A stretch of 64,000 nucleotides of DNA from Klebsormidium nitens (taxonomy: Eukaryota > Plantae > Klebsormidiophyceae): positions 1-64,000 of the forward strand of contig DF237296.1 in NCBI GenBank assembly GCA_000708835.1, given 5' to 3'. The notes under the pieces are model-generated. The model was not told where the DNA came from. It ran no database searches and worked only from the letters and a program-made list of their open reading frames with translations. The position numbers and the translations under genes were made by a program. Shown piece by piece: positions 35,601-47,600 of this stretch. Numbering within the stretch: the first letter of the stretch is position 1; every line of letters starts with the position of its first letter.

Positions 35601-38600
35601 AGCTGTCGGCGGCAACGGCGGGCACGGCAGCGGGGGGCAGCAAGAGGGCTACGTCATGGCGGAAGATTTGCGGGAGCAGCTGAAGCCGCTCAAGCTGAAC
35701 AAGGTCTTGGTGGTCAAACTGGTGAGGTCTTGAAGTCTGGGTTTAAATTCTTAAACTTTTAGACACCTTCGCGGTTGGGGGATTGCTTAGTTTTGAAGTT
35801 AAACTTTAGACACCTTCACGGTTGGGGGGTTGCTTAGTTTTGAAGGTTATGGAAAGGTTCTCGAAACTTGCAAGAGTTCAAAATCGAGGTCAGCAGGAGA
35901 GGTACATCATGGCGGGAAATCTGCGGGAGCAATTGAAGCCGCTCGAGCTGAACAACCCGTGGTCAAACTGGTGAGATGCACAACCCCTACTGTGATTCTC
36001 GAAAAGGTCTTGTGAGATACGTTCTTTCCTGGTTCTTAATCCTGAATTGGGGGAAGGACGACGGGTCACGTGAGAGCCCAGACACAATGGAAGCCGCTCA
36101 GGCTGAACAAAGTCCTCGTTGTCAGAGTGGTGGGTTAACGAAACCTTGATTTGAACGCTTTTCTAGACCTTAAGGTTCGAGGCTTCTAAATCCTCGATTG
36201 AAGAAAAGGAGGAGGGCTCCGTTCTGGCGAAAACGCCACGGAAAAAATGAAGTCGCTCAAACATGTAAAAGTAGGATAACCTAATATCAAGTCTGCTAAA
36301 CACTGGCACAGCTACTGGTTGGCGCAGCTACTGAATTACGTTAGTGGCTGAAACAATAGGTTAAATTTGGACATCGAAATGGCGTGTTTCCGGCGTCTGA
36401 TCCTCGCATCAACCCGGATTTGAAAGGCCTCTTTTGGGCGGTACAGGTTGAAATCATGGACTTCAAGGGATGCTTCCTGTTCAACGTTGGCGACCTTGTT
36501 GGCGCTCATTCTGTTGAAAGCAGAAGTTCTGCTTGGAGAAGGCACGAAGTAATCCATCTCGAACATAGGCGTCAAAGCCGATCATAAGGCTTTGTTTGTT
36601 CGCAGTATAGGTCGACAGTGCGGGCTTAACGGGAGCTTTTTCGTCCAAGGTTCGCTCTAACCCGATCATTCTGGTGGGCTTGAATGTCAGCTTCACATAA
36701 GACCTCCAGGACTCGCATTCTTGCCCTAACTCCAGAGTCCCACTTTTGACGCCGCTTTATGATCGTTTAGGCGGACTTCATCGGGACCTTCCTGTCCAAG
36801 GGGTTGGCGCGATCTGGTTGGCGCTAACCCGATTCTTTTACACACGTAATTGACATGCTCATAAAGAGTCAAGAGGCAAGCCAAAAAGCGTAATGTCTGT
36901 GTCTAACCACCGCGTTAACCCTGATTTTCTCCACGGTGCAGGTCGACATTGCGGACTTTAATGGGAGCTTCCTTTCCAAGGTTCGCGACCTGGTTGGCTC
37001 TAACCCGATCATTTTGGTGGGCACGAAAGTCGACCTCCTTCCGGCGGACACCGACTTGGAGGCGGTCGCAGACTGGGTGTGGGAGGCGACCGTGCGAAAG
37101 AAGCTGAAGCCCATCAGCCTACATGTGGTGAGTCTGCTCTATCACAAAAACCCTTAGTCTGCAGTCCTTCAAGTGGGCATGCATCTGGAGGTTTCCCATT
37201 TAGCCGGACGTGCGAGTTGGGCCCTGCTGAGACAAACGCATGGCTTTTTGTGTTTTTCTGCTCATTAGCGTGCATTTGGTGAGTCTGTTCTGAATTTCCG
37301 TGTCGAATCTTTGAAGTCCTGGATCTCTCCTGTTACCTGGACCGTTGTTAGAACCCCTTTGGGGGTTCTTTGGACATCGAAGGGTTACTTTTGAAAGAGA
37401 GGCACCGATCTGAAGTCGTTCTAGACTTGGTTAGGGAGGCGACCGTGCGAAAGAAGCTCAAGGCCATTACCATGCATCTGGTAAGTATGCGAGCAAGCTT
37501 TCTTCGCTTGGAAGTTTTTACGTCCTTCATCTGTTGGTTTGAGAGGTGACGACTGGTCTGAGAGGTGACGAATGCAATAAGCTCAGCACTTGGTAAGATT
37601 CATGCGGATGAAAGCGCTCGATACAATAGGGTCATCTGATTGCGGTCGCCCGCTTCGTGTAACCCTTCGCGTTCCGACTTTCTTTATACTATCTTTATCA
37701 TGAGCAGAGATTTGACTCTCTATTTCTCCACAGATCTCGTCTTTGACCGGCGCGGGCCTTCCATCATTGGCCGCTAACATCCAAAGAGAACGGCAGGGCC
37801 GTGACGTGTACGTGCTCGGAGCAGCGAACGTGGGGAAGTCGGCCTTCATCAATGCGTTACTAGGTGAGCTTTCGTTCAGTTTTCCGAAGTGTTAAGTCCG
37901 TACTTCATATAAAGATGTAGATCATCAAATTCTAGTGTTCCAAGCTAAGTACACGTGCTCGGAGCAGCGAACGTGGGGAAGTCGGCCTTTATCAATGCGT
38001 TACTTGGTGAGCTCTTTCTGCCATTGAGTATGCTGCTGAAGAATCCAAGCTTTACATCGTTTTCGAATTCGGTCTGTCGTTCCTTGGAATGTATACGACC
38101 TCAGAGCGGCGAGCATGGGAAAGTCGGCCTTCATTAACGGGCTGCTTGGTAAGCTCTTTTTTTGATTTCCCATCATGCTTTTGAGGTCTCAACCTTGTCT
38201 TGGTCAGATTTCGATCGAGTCTGTCAGGTCCAGTGTTTCGCACAAATTGTACGATCTCTGGGCAGCAAACGTGGGCAGTATAGCCTTTATCAACGCGTTA
38301 ACTCGGTAAGCTTTCGTTCCATGCTGCCCTTTCCCTTCTGCCGGTCGTTTTGGTGTACCCACAGTTTCTTAGGGTTCGCTTCAAAATTCTGGATTGTGAG
38401 AAGCCATAGTCTTGTCGTGCGATTCAGTGTGTGTCATGTCACTGTTTTTTTGCTCTTCCAGTATCTCAATCCTCTACTTTCCGCTCCCATTTTCGCCTGT
38501 TGTTCTCGTGTCTCCTCTCATTCGAGGGTTCCGTTGACCCCTCCTCTTTTAAACTGCAAGAACGACGAACAAGGCGCCGTTGGAAGCGATCCACTGAATC

Positions 38601-41600
38601 GGCAACCGCCTGATCGCATGAATGAGGTCCTTCCCCACCCAAATTTCATCTCGTTTGACGTCACCCCGTTTATTTTTCCCTGCCTTTGCTATCGTTCAAA
38701 TGATGATACGACACCCAACCGCTGCAGCCGCCTGATTGACTCAGCGGTGCCCCCAATTGCTTTAGAACTTCTGCTGTTAGCCCATATCAATGATTGCCGT
38801 GATCTTTCCATTTTCTTACAGCCGAACTGGCGACGCGCGATCCGGCTGCCGCTGCAGCCCGCAGAAAGCGCCCCACCGAATCGGCGATGCCCGGAACCAC
38901 TTTGGGGCCTATTCCCATTAATGCGTTTTCCGGAGGGGGCGAGCTTTTCGATACACCGGGCATTCACTTGCATCACCGCCTGGCGTCTCTGCTAACCCCA
39001 GAGGAGTTGGTTATGCTCACCCCGAGAAGGCGGTTAAGGCCCGTGGCCCCGACCATTGGTACCGTTGATCAAACAACGGCCCAAGGTAAGAAAATGAAGA
39101 TCTCTTTTTTCGGGTTGATTTTGGGTGCGTTCCTCGCTGCAAATCAAAAAGGCCAATCGATAAATCCGGGCTTAGATGGGTACGTAAAGGTGAGAAGGAG
39201 TTGGTATGCTATCCCCGAAAAGGGGTTAAGGCGTGGCCTCAGCGGTTGCTACAAATGATTGAACATCGGCCTGAGGTTAAAAGAAATTGGGGAGTCAGAC
39301 TTTACGTCCAAGTCGGCGACCATTGGGTCGAATCTCTGTCTTCACGGTCGCCCGACATATTGGCCACAAAATCAAACTTGTAACGTCACTGGGACGACTC
39401 AGGTCTCTGCCTATATCCAGTGGAAGCTACTTGGCAAGACGACTTTTCGAGAGCTTTGTACTCCTAATTTTCGAATCTAGAAGCAGCTGGATTTGAAGCC
39501 GACAACTGTGCAATGGTGGCTACTAATGTGCGCTGAAAGTTCGTGTCTCAAATTCTGGTTCCCATAACCCTGTCATACCCTCTCCGGAATATGGAATCTC
39601 TTGCTCTCTTTATCACAGAGAATGGAGCAGCCCCCCACACCGAGATGACTGCCCCCGATTCAGAAAACGGCGCTTCCGAATCAAACGGTTCTAACCTTAC
39701 CCCCGGTGACTTTGTGGTCCTTCGACCGCATCCCTCTTGCCCCCCCCAAGCCATCTTCATCGCCCAAGTTTCCGCTTCGGGGGTGTCGGAAACAGCCGGA
39801 TCCGAGGGGGGTGGAACGCTTCTCGCCCGCCCCTGGATGCCGAAACCCGTTCGAAGGGGGCCGAAAATGGATCTCTGGAACGATCCGTGGGGGCGGAAAT
39901 GGGTGCCGTACGAAGGGGGGATGTTCGAACTGGCGCCCGATGACGTCATCGCCAGCTGGCAGTCACGTGCCAAGGCCCCAGAGGAGGGCGTCCCGGTCCC
40001 CCCGTTGGTGGCGGCGCGCGTGGACGAACTGATCCGGGGGGGTAACTTGCCTGCTCCGGCGTACCCCCCCTGGGTGGACGAGAGCGGAGAGATCGTGAGC
40101 GCAAAGGAATGGGGGGGTAAAGTGGGTGTTCTTGCAGGGGAGGGGTCCGCAAATATGGGCGATATTGTCCTGTCCAGGGGGGCAGTTTCGAGTGCGGAGA
40201 AGGGGGGATCGTTGCAGTCGGAGGGGATTGAGGGGACGACGTTCTTCTGGGGGGGAGTCGCGCGGGTCGACGTGCTTCAGGTGATCCTTGCTGCGTTTCC
40301 TCCCTTTTCACCGTAAATTGTGTTGCAGATTTTGGCATGCAATTTTTTTCGCAGCTGGTGTCTTATCCGGCTTGCAAAAACCCGGGCTCAACCGGCGAAC
40401 GGGATGGCTCGTAACCCGATTTTAAGGTCGCCGGTTTGCCGTGACGTATTTGGGTTTGCAGCAACTCAGAAAGGGCTCAATTTGTCCACGCTTGTTTTCT
40501 GTTTCGTTTTTGAGCCAGCCTTCGCCCTTCTTTTGCCGTATCAGGTGCTGGGTAAGGGCGACCGAGACAGCGGCATTGCTGCCTTGCAAACGCCGAAAAG
40601 GTTGCTCATCGACGCCCTTTTTCAACAGCTCTTTGACCGTTTCTTGTGCAGGCACCGCCCGGCTTGCGCTTGTTCTTCTACGGCCCCCACACAGTGACGG
40701 TGCATGCCGTCGACTCCCAAGAAGCAGATGCGTTTTACGAGGTACGTCAATTCAACCCTTTGGCTCCAGAGATCCATTACGTTTTTGCTTTTTAAAAAGT
40801 TTTGCCAATCAGACTCTGTCAATCTCAAGAAAGAACCTGGTGTGGCGATTTCAGGTGGAAATTCTGATCCCGATTTTGACGTTCTCCACACCCGTGACCT
40901 TTCCTAAGTGGGAAACGTTAACCACGGTCTTTTCGGTGCGTCCGCATCCGCAACCCACGCTTTTAATCACCACTTAACCCCAAACATCCCTGGCCTTGTT
41001 TTCCAAGTGTCGGTCCATCGAATTGTCACACTTCATTGTAAACGTGATGGGCTGGTCTTCTGCCAACTTCGTTTTTCCGGTCTCCTGGAGAAAATCGCTG
41101 GTAGCTTCAGTCAACCAACATCCCGAAGTTGCGAAAGCTCGTATGTGCAGAAAGTTATTTGTTTATGGCTCGTATGTTTCTGTACAGGCAAATCTTTTCG
41201 AAAAGTTGACGCCTCCTTACAAGGACCGGGGGGCAAACTGGGACGGGCTCCCCTACAAGAAGGAGTGCAACCTCTACTCCGAGGATGACGTCAGGTGAGT
41301 GACGTCGGCGAGGAGTCCCGTGACTTCACCACACTGCGCCACTCGGCGGTTGCTGATTTCAGGACTCCTTGAACGGACGGGTCGGGGAAGAGGCCGATCC
41401 GCCAGATCAGCGCTTGAGCCTTCAACCGTGGCTGAAAACTCCGGCGACCTTTGAGCGGGAGCGCCTGCCAGAGTTTGTCAGATAGTCGCTCATGAACAAA
41501 TTTGTAAGCTGGTTGAAGGGTTGAAGTCTAAGTCGGATAGACTGCGAGTAAGCGGTTTCAGTAGCAAACAACTCTTCAGGATGCCCTTCAACCCAAGGTT

Positions 41601-42722
41601 GAAAGTTGTTACAGCGAAAACAATATCTTTGATAAGGGAACTCGACACATCAACCTTGTCGCAGAAGTGAGGTTAGATAATTGACGTGGGGAAGTGAGCG
41701 GCAAGCAACTGAGGACGAAGAACATTCAGGCTCAGATACAAGAATTCTCTTAGGGGGACTTTCTGAAGCGGCAACAGAAATGAGAACAAGAGTCTTGCTA
41801 AGACGTGCTGGCCTGATTCTCGTCACATGCTGACGGGACCGCTGACGTCACTATGTCCGCATGCTGACGTGTCTCCTTCTGCAGGCCTGCTGGTGACGTC
41901 GTGGTATCGGGTTTGGGTTGGTTCGCGGTTGGGGGGGCGCCGGGCAAGCGGGGCCGCCGGGGGGGTTCGCAATCAAGCAGCCGGGGCGAGGTACGCATTC
42001 TTCGCTTGGTTCTGAGATGCTTTTTTCCGACTTCTGAGCTTTTTGAGTGCAAGCGTTCCATTCGTGCATCTGTCCAGGTTTAGAAAACGAAGCCATGTGG
42101 GCTTTGGTGTCCTAGGTGCTGAATTCCGACCGGAGGTAAAGCAAATTTCATCTCTGCAGGACTTTTCCCGAAGATTCTGAATTTTCAGCTCGGAACAGGA
42201 AGCTCCGCAAGTTCAAGGTGTTGTTGCATCATATCTTCGTGGTTTGATAGCTCCCCTGGTTTGTCCTTGTTCACTTAGAAGCAGAGTCGGTCAAATGCTT
42301 TCTGTGAAGTGCCCCACTGAGCCAAAGCGCCTCAATCTGCAGTTGCCCGTCCGTTCGCAGCGTTGGTTGAGATTCGACCAGACCTCTAGCTCATTCCCTG
42401 TTTTTCATTTCAGCTTCGTCTTCGATTCGTCTTGGCTCCGTCAAAAACAATCTTACAGATACTCTGGTCCAAGCCATCAGCAAAAGCAGAATGGGACTCG
42501 ACCCTTTCTTGTCTTCTGTTCTGTCAGGTTCGCCTCTTGGTTCATACACCCCGTGGGGTCGAAGTCTACCTAAGGCCTTCCATGCCGGTCACGGAGACCG
42601 GAGCGGAGTGGGCCGATCGGCCGGACCTGGACGTCGAGCTCGAAAGGCCGCCCATTTATTACCCCAGGCACGAACCAGTATCCAGGACGCAAGGAGTGCC
42701 GTCGAGACAAAGTGCTTGGTAA
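32611..42722 (+). CDS. BPG2: Circularly permuted YqeH/NOA1-family chloroplast GTPase, BPG2-like, about 1350 aa, 10 exons
   Basis: Exons 32611-34728, 35527-35721, 36942-37127, 37734-37863, 38822-39085, 39619-40280, 40652-40741, 41188-41294, 41885-41990, 42528-42722 total 4053 nt in frame. Zn-knuckle CYGCG...CGRC, G4 TKVD, G1 GAANVGKS, G2 PGTT, G3 DTPG, and C-terminal FFWGGVARVD, LTPP, DVVVSGLGW. Linkers match BPG2 (VGGNGG, DFNGSFL, IHLHHR). Confidence 0.92.
34855..38315 (+). repeat. Series of intronic tandem copies of BPG2 exon ends (exon 1, 2, 3 and 4 donors; exon 3 acceptor)
   Basis: Donor copies after 34892, 35970, 36129, 37278, 37480, 38006, 38148, 38305. Acceptor-side copies near 36446, 36610, 36770. 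A 49-nt purely intronic tandem duplication lies at about 35751-35845. Confidence 0.88.
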
Positions 42723-42784
42723 GGAGTTGATTGATGACCATATATTCTGGCGGTCATTGAGATCGGAGAGATTTGTTTCAATCG

Positions 42785-42890
42785 GCGAAACCTGGATGTT
42801 ATGCTCGAGAGGCCGCCCATATATTACCCCAGGCATGAATCTGTGTCCACCCCCCATGGAGTGCCGTCGAAAGCCGGTGCTTGGTAAAAG
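42785..42890 (+). repeat. 3' UTR copy of the last about 100 nt of the BPG2 CDS including the stop codon
   Basis: cctggatgttatgctcgagaggccgcccatatattaccccaggcatgaa...gtgcttggtaa parallels 42626-42722 at an offset of about 165 nt. Confidence 0.88.
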
Positions 42891-44649
42891 ACTGGATCGC
42901 TGACATCATGATTGAAAGTAGCAAAAGTCTAATTCGCGGATTCAATGATTCGCCACTTCCACAGTCAGTTCTTGCAAGAAGGTTTATGATAACCAGCCTG
43001 CATTTAAGAGTTAATGTCATGCGGTCATGGGTCGGTGCGATTTCATGTCGGTGCACAGTCGAAGTGCCTTGATTGAACGGCGAAAGCGAAAAACATACGT
43101 GATTACATGTCACTCATACGGCATATCATATCATCTGTGATCCCAGACATTAACGTTGAAGCGCGTTCAACGGCTTACGCACCTTGCATGGGAAGACCAT
43201 CATTGTATCGGTACACTGATCAACTCACTACTGATCAACTCACTTAAGTTAGCTACGTGTGCTGATTCGACAATTTTTGATGGGATTTCATGGACCTTGA
43301 GAATAAGCCGCCGTTTAGAGGCACGAATCCTATATATATAAGCGTTGGTAGCCTAGGAGGGGCCGGTGTGGCCAGCTCGCTAGGGTTAGCCGTATGTTGC
43401 GCGGCTCTTCTTCAAGAACAAGCTATAGTATACGCGCATATCTTCTAGCGTTCCATCCAGCTACAGATGCATGCCGGCCAGGTGCTCATCTGCCGATTGG
43501 AGTCCAGTCTCAGCTTTTACTCAGTTCCTTCTTATAGGTGCCGTGACTCCATGATCCGAGTCTATCATCACGCGGTATAGCTAGCTAGGCTAGGTTTGCG
43601 CATGTGCACTAATGTTTGATCCCTTAAGTTGCATTGCATTATCATGAATCCAATACTATGCACAGTGCGACGTAGAATATGCTCCAAAGTGCCAGCCAGA
43701 TAGTGCATGATGGAAACACAGTGGCTTTATAGAACAAGTAAAGTTCAATATGGACGAGTGACTGATTTTCGAAGCGATCCGAAGAGTATGGTCGATCATG
43801 GCGGCATGAAGCATGCAGTCACAGTACAAACGCTAGGCTAGCATCATGACAATCACATCGGGTCGGTCAAGAGTCAAGACCTTGAGTCACCATGCGCGCT
43901 TCCGTATCGCGCGCAACCACGGTATATGATCTGGGACGACCGCTGCCAGGTATAGCATTGTACGTTCTGCAGAATTGCGCATCTAACATTGGCCGCCGGC
44001 GCGCCTATCTGCACGCGAGCTAATAGACTCATACTGGGCTCCAAGCGGCCTGCAGATTAGACCAGCGAATTGGGTACAACACCCAGCCGCGCCATACCAT
44101 ACAAACGTTTTGGATGTTCGTAGTGGCAATCGCAAGCTGAGTCAATGCCATTAGTTAAAGAAAACTTTGGCCACCATTCTATCTCAGTATGCCTACGTGA
44201 GAAACAACATTAAATGCTGAGGTCCTACTCGAGAAAGTTTGCTTAAGGTCTTACTATATTGTCTTCTATCGAAGTCTGCGGGACTCAAATACAAACCTCA
44301 AGTAGCTCTCTCATACTTTAAACCTGGTACAATTCCAACACATGCAAGCGCAAAATCCAAACAAGGACCCTGGGTGTTCACAATCTTTCTTTGTACACGC
44401 CTGTTCGACCTGGAATGATATCATCCTAGCTTTTAGTCAAACAAACACACCCCATAACAATCACTCTCGCTTCACAGGCTCAAAACCATCATCCTCGCCA
44501 GGCTTCTTACAATCGCTCCTACTGCAAACCGATCATCATCACAAATCTTCTGGCCAGACAATCAGCATGGTCTTGCACAGCTCGCCTATTCTTAAACCCC
44601 ACCATAAGCTACAGTCAACGTTCATAGAACGTCAGACTTCTCGTGCCTC

Positions 44650-47600
44650 CTAAACCTTCCCGTTGGCGTTGTTGCCTCTGGGCAGGAGCGACTCCACCGA
44701 GTTCGCATCCGTCCCGTTGCCATACTCCGGGAATTCAAAGTTCGCGGTTTGCCCGGTGAACTCCAGGAACCAGCCCAAGATCTGCGGCCCGGGGATCTTA
44801 ATCACCATGTTCTTCCCGTCGTGGAAGCTGTAGGTTGAGTCGGTGGCGGACTTGCTGCTGGAAGACTTGGAATAACTGAAGCAGAAGCAGCCGCCCCCGG
44901 ACGTGCTGCTGCTCTCCAGGAAGGAGTGCGCGTCCCCGTACGTCTTTGCGTCCATCTCGATCTTGATCGTCATGTCTTTGGCGACCACGATCGCGACGGG
45001 GTAGGCCGGGAACATGGCTTTCTGAAATGAATTAAGACAAGGAGGAAGTTTTTGAGTAGAGTGAATTAAAAGAAGGTCCCGAGTTATGTAAACTGCAAGT
45101 AAGTCGACTACAAGGTATGAATGGGGATTCAAAGACTGAGTCTCCGTTTCCCGTTTCTAGAACGAGAGGCGGCAATCATCTACAAAAAGGGTGACTGAGA
45201 ATGTTCGTCGTCAGGTGACAACCTGAAAGCTTATGTGCTGCACGGACCTCGTTGCTGTCTGTGCCGCTGATCTTATAGTCGTCTAAACAAGCGTGACGTC
45301 ACTTTCACGTTTTAAAAGTTCGCCTTGGTGTCTTGCCAAATGAATGATGCAACGAAGCTGTCCAATCTCGTTGAGACGGCGTACATAGCCACTCCAGCAG
45401 AGGACGATTCAAATCGACGTTGTCCGAACACTCAATCTGTAACACCGGCTAATTGACCTAGGGCACGAACACACGTAACCTGAGCAGACAGCACGACGAA
45501 TCGATCCTACTCGGTCAAGATATTATACCTGGGCCGCTTCGAGCTGCGTCGTGTACGCCTCTTTATTGGCGTTAAAGAGGGCAAGTGCGTCGTTGTACTC
45601 CTTCTCAGGGAGACTGGCAGAGGGGCGCGTGACGCGGGTCGTGGGACCCGAGGCCGTGACGCGCGTACGGCTGTTGCGCATACTCCAGACGTCAGCATTC
45701 TCCTTGAGCGCCTGCACGGGAAGAAATTAGTCTGCGTTATGATCCGAAAAGACCATAAGTCGCAGCTTCAAGTCCGGGGGAAGTATCGGTCAGCTTCGGG
45801 TAAGGTGGCCTCGCTTGCGGAGCGCGTGAATACAAGTGTCAGGGCTTTTCTTTCTTTTTGCCTGAAAAAGTGATAATACGACTCACGCAGCTTAAAGTAC
45901 CAATGTACCTACAATCACAGGGTCGGTGAGTTTCCGACAGAAGTTCCTCAATTACAATCAAGCGATATACTTCGTTGCGACATAGCAGCTGACAGAATCG
46001 GACGTTCTTGTTCATGCAGACGTTTTCGGCGGAAGATCGGCGGAAGATGACAGGGTTTGCGATTTTCAGGGCTTAAAAAGGCCCTCCAAAAGGCTGCAAA
46101 GTGTTGGGAAGGTGCTTGAGCGATTCGCGGAGCAGTCATGTCGCTTGCCCTAAGGATCCTACCAGAAATAACAAATGCATGGAAGGCAGATTACGTCGAG
46201 AGTCTTCCCTGTGACGAAACCCCAAGCGAGTTGAACCAGGGAAGGACCACTACTCACGGAGGGGTTGAACCAGCCGCCCCGGTTGATGGTCACTTTGGTC
46301 GCTCGGAACCCGAGGTCGAACTTGGCACGCTCGGCCTTGAAATCCTTGGCAAAGTTGCTGCTGGCGCTGTCAGACGAGCCTCCCCCGCTGCCGAAGAAGA
46401 AGCTCGTGCTCCAGCTCGTGTGCGTTGCAGAGCTCGCTGTGAGAGTGCTGGTACTCTCCCGATCGCTCTGAAAAAACATCTTCACGTCCATGAAGCGGCT
46501 GACGGGGCCCTCCGGCTTGGACGGCGTCAGTTCGGCGGCGCTCTCTGGGCGGAGTATCTTGAAGACTGACGTCAGCTTCTTCGCGGCCTCCGCCTTCTCC
46601 GGCTCGGTTTTCAACGCGGTGTAGTCCGGGACATCTTCAGGAGTCAAACTCGGAACTCTATCTTTCATTGCGGGGTCGGTCTCGAGCGTCTTGTTCCGCT
46701 CGTTGTTCAGCGCAGTCTTAGCGGCCTCCAGCTCCGTCGTGGCCGCGGCCTTTGCCGCCTCGCTCGCTTTGGACACCTTGTCTGCAGCGGCGTCGTACTC
46801 TTGATGAGGGGCGCGAAATCCGCTGCGCGGCTGGCGTTGATCTGCGACCTAACGAAGGCAATCTGGCGGCTGTAAACAGACAAGACACGTTCAAAATCAG
46901 TGTTGCAATCGGTTACATTGACGCGTTCTTGCAATTTGTTCCTTGCGTTCGAGCGGTCATGAAGTAGTATCGCAGTGCTGCTGACCACGAGCTGAAAGAG
47001 CAAATTAGCTAACACTCTTTCATGACGGACGCGTGTCAGACCGGACAAAGTTTTCTTCTTGTTAGAAACTTGGACCTGGAAATGAAACTGCAGCACTTGG
47101 TCTCGTCGAGCTGAACGAACTCATTCAGGACTGTTGTCGTTGACGAGAAGAAACATCACAAGATCATACCGAGGAAAATCCTCTCGAGTATGATGAAAAC
47201 CCGGCACTATAGTGCACGTTCGAAATCAGCAGGTGTGGTTGCTGTTGCTAATCCCTTTCACAAGAGAATAAGGCTGGACGCAATCAGAAGCTCTGGAAAC
47301 CTTTGCCATGCACGATTCTACAGATTCTGTTGCCAAGCTTTTTTGAAGGCAAACAAACAAACCGAAAATAAGCAAACATACCGTAAACTCTGCCTGGGCC
47401 TGCAAAAGGATCGCTTCAAGTTCTCTGGAGACGGATCGGAAGTGAATCGATGGAGCGGATATGTTGCTCTAGGGACAGATAAGCTCTCAGACGAGTCTTC
47501 TGAGGACTCAATTCGCTTACTTGAGCTGGCGAATCTTGTTCTGCAGATTGGTCTTAGACGCCTCGACATTCACAACCTCCCCTTCCGCCTCTTGAGCCAT

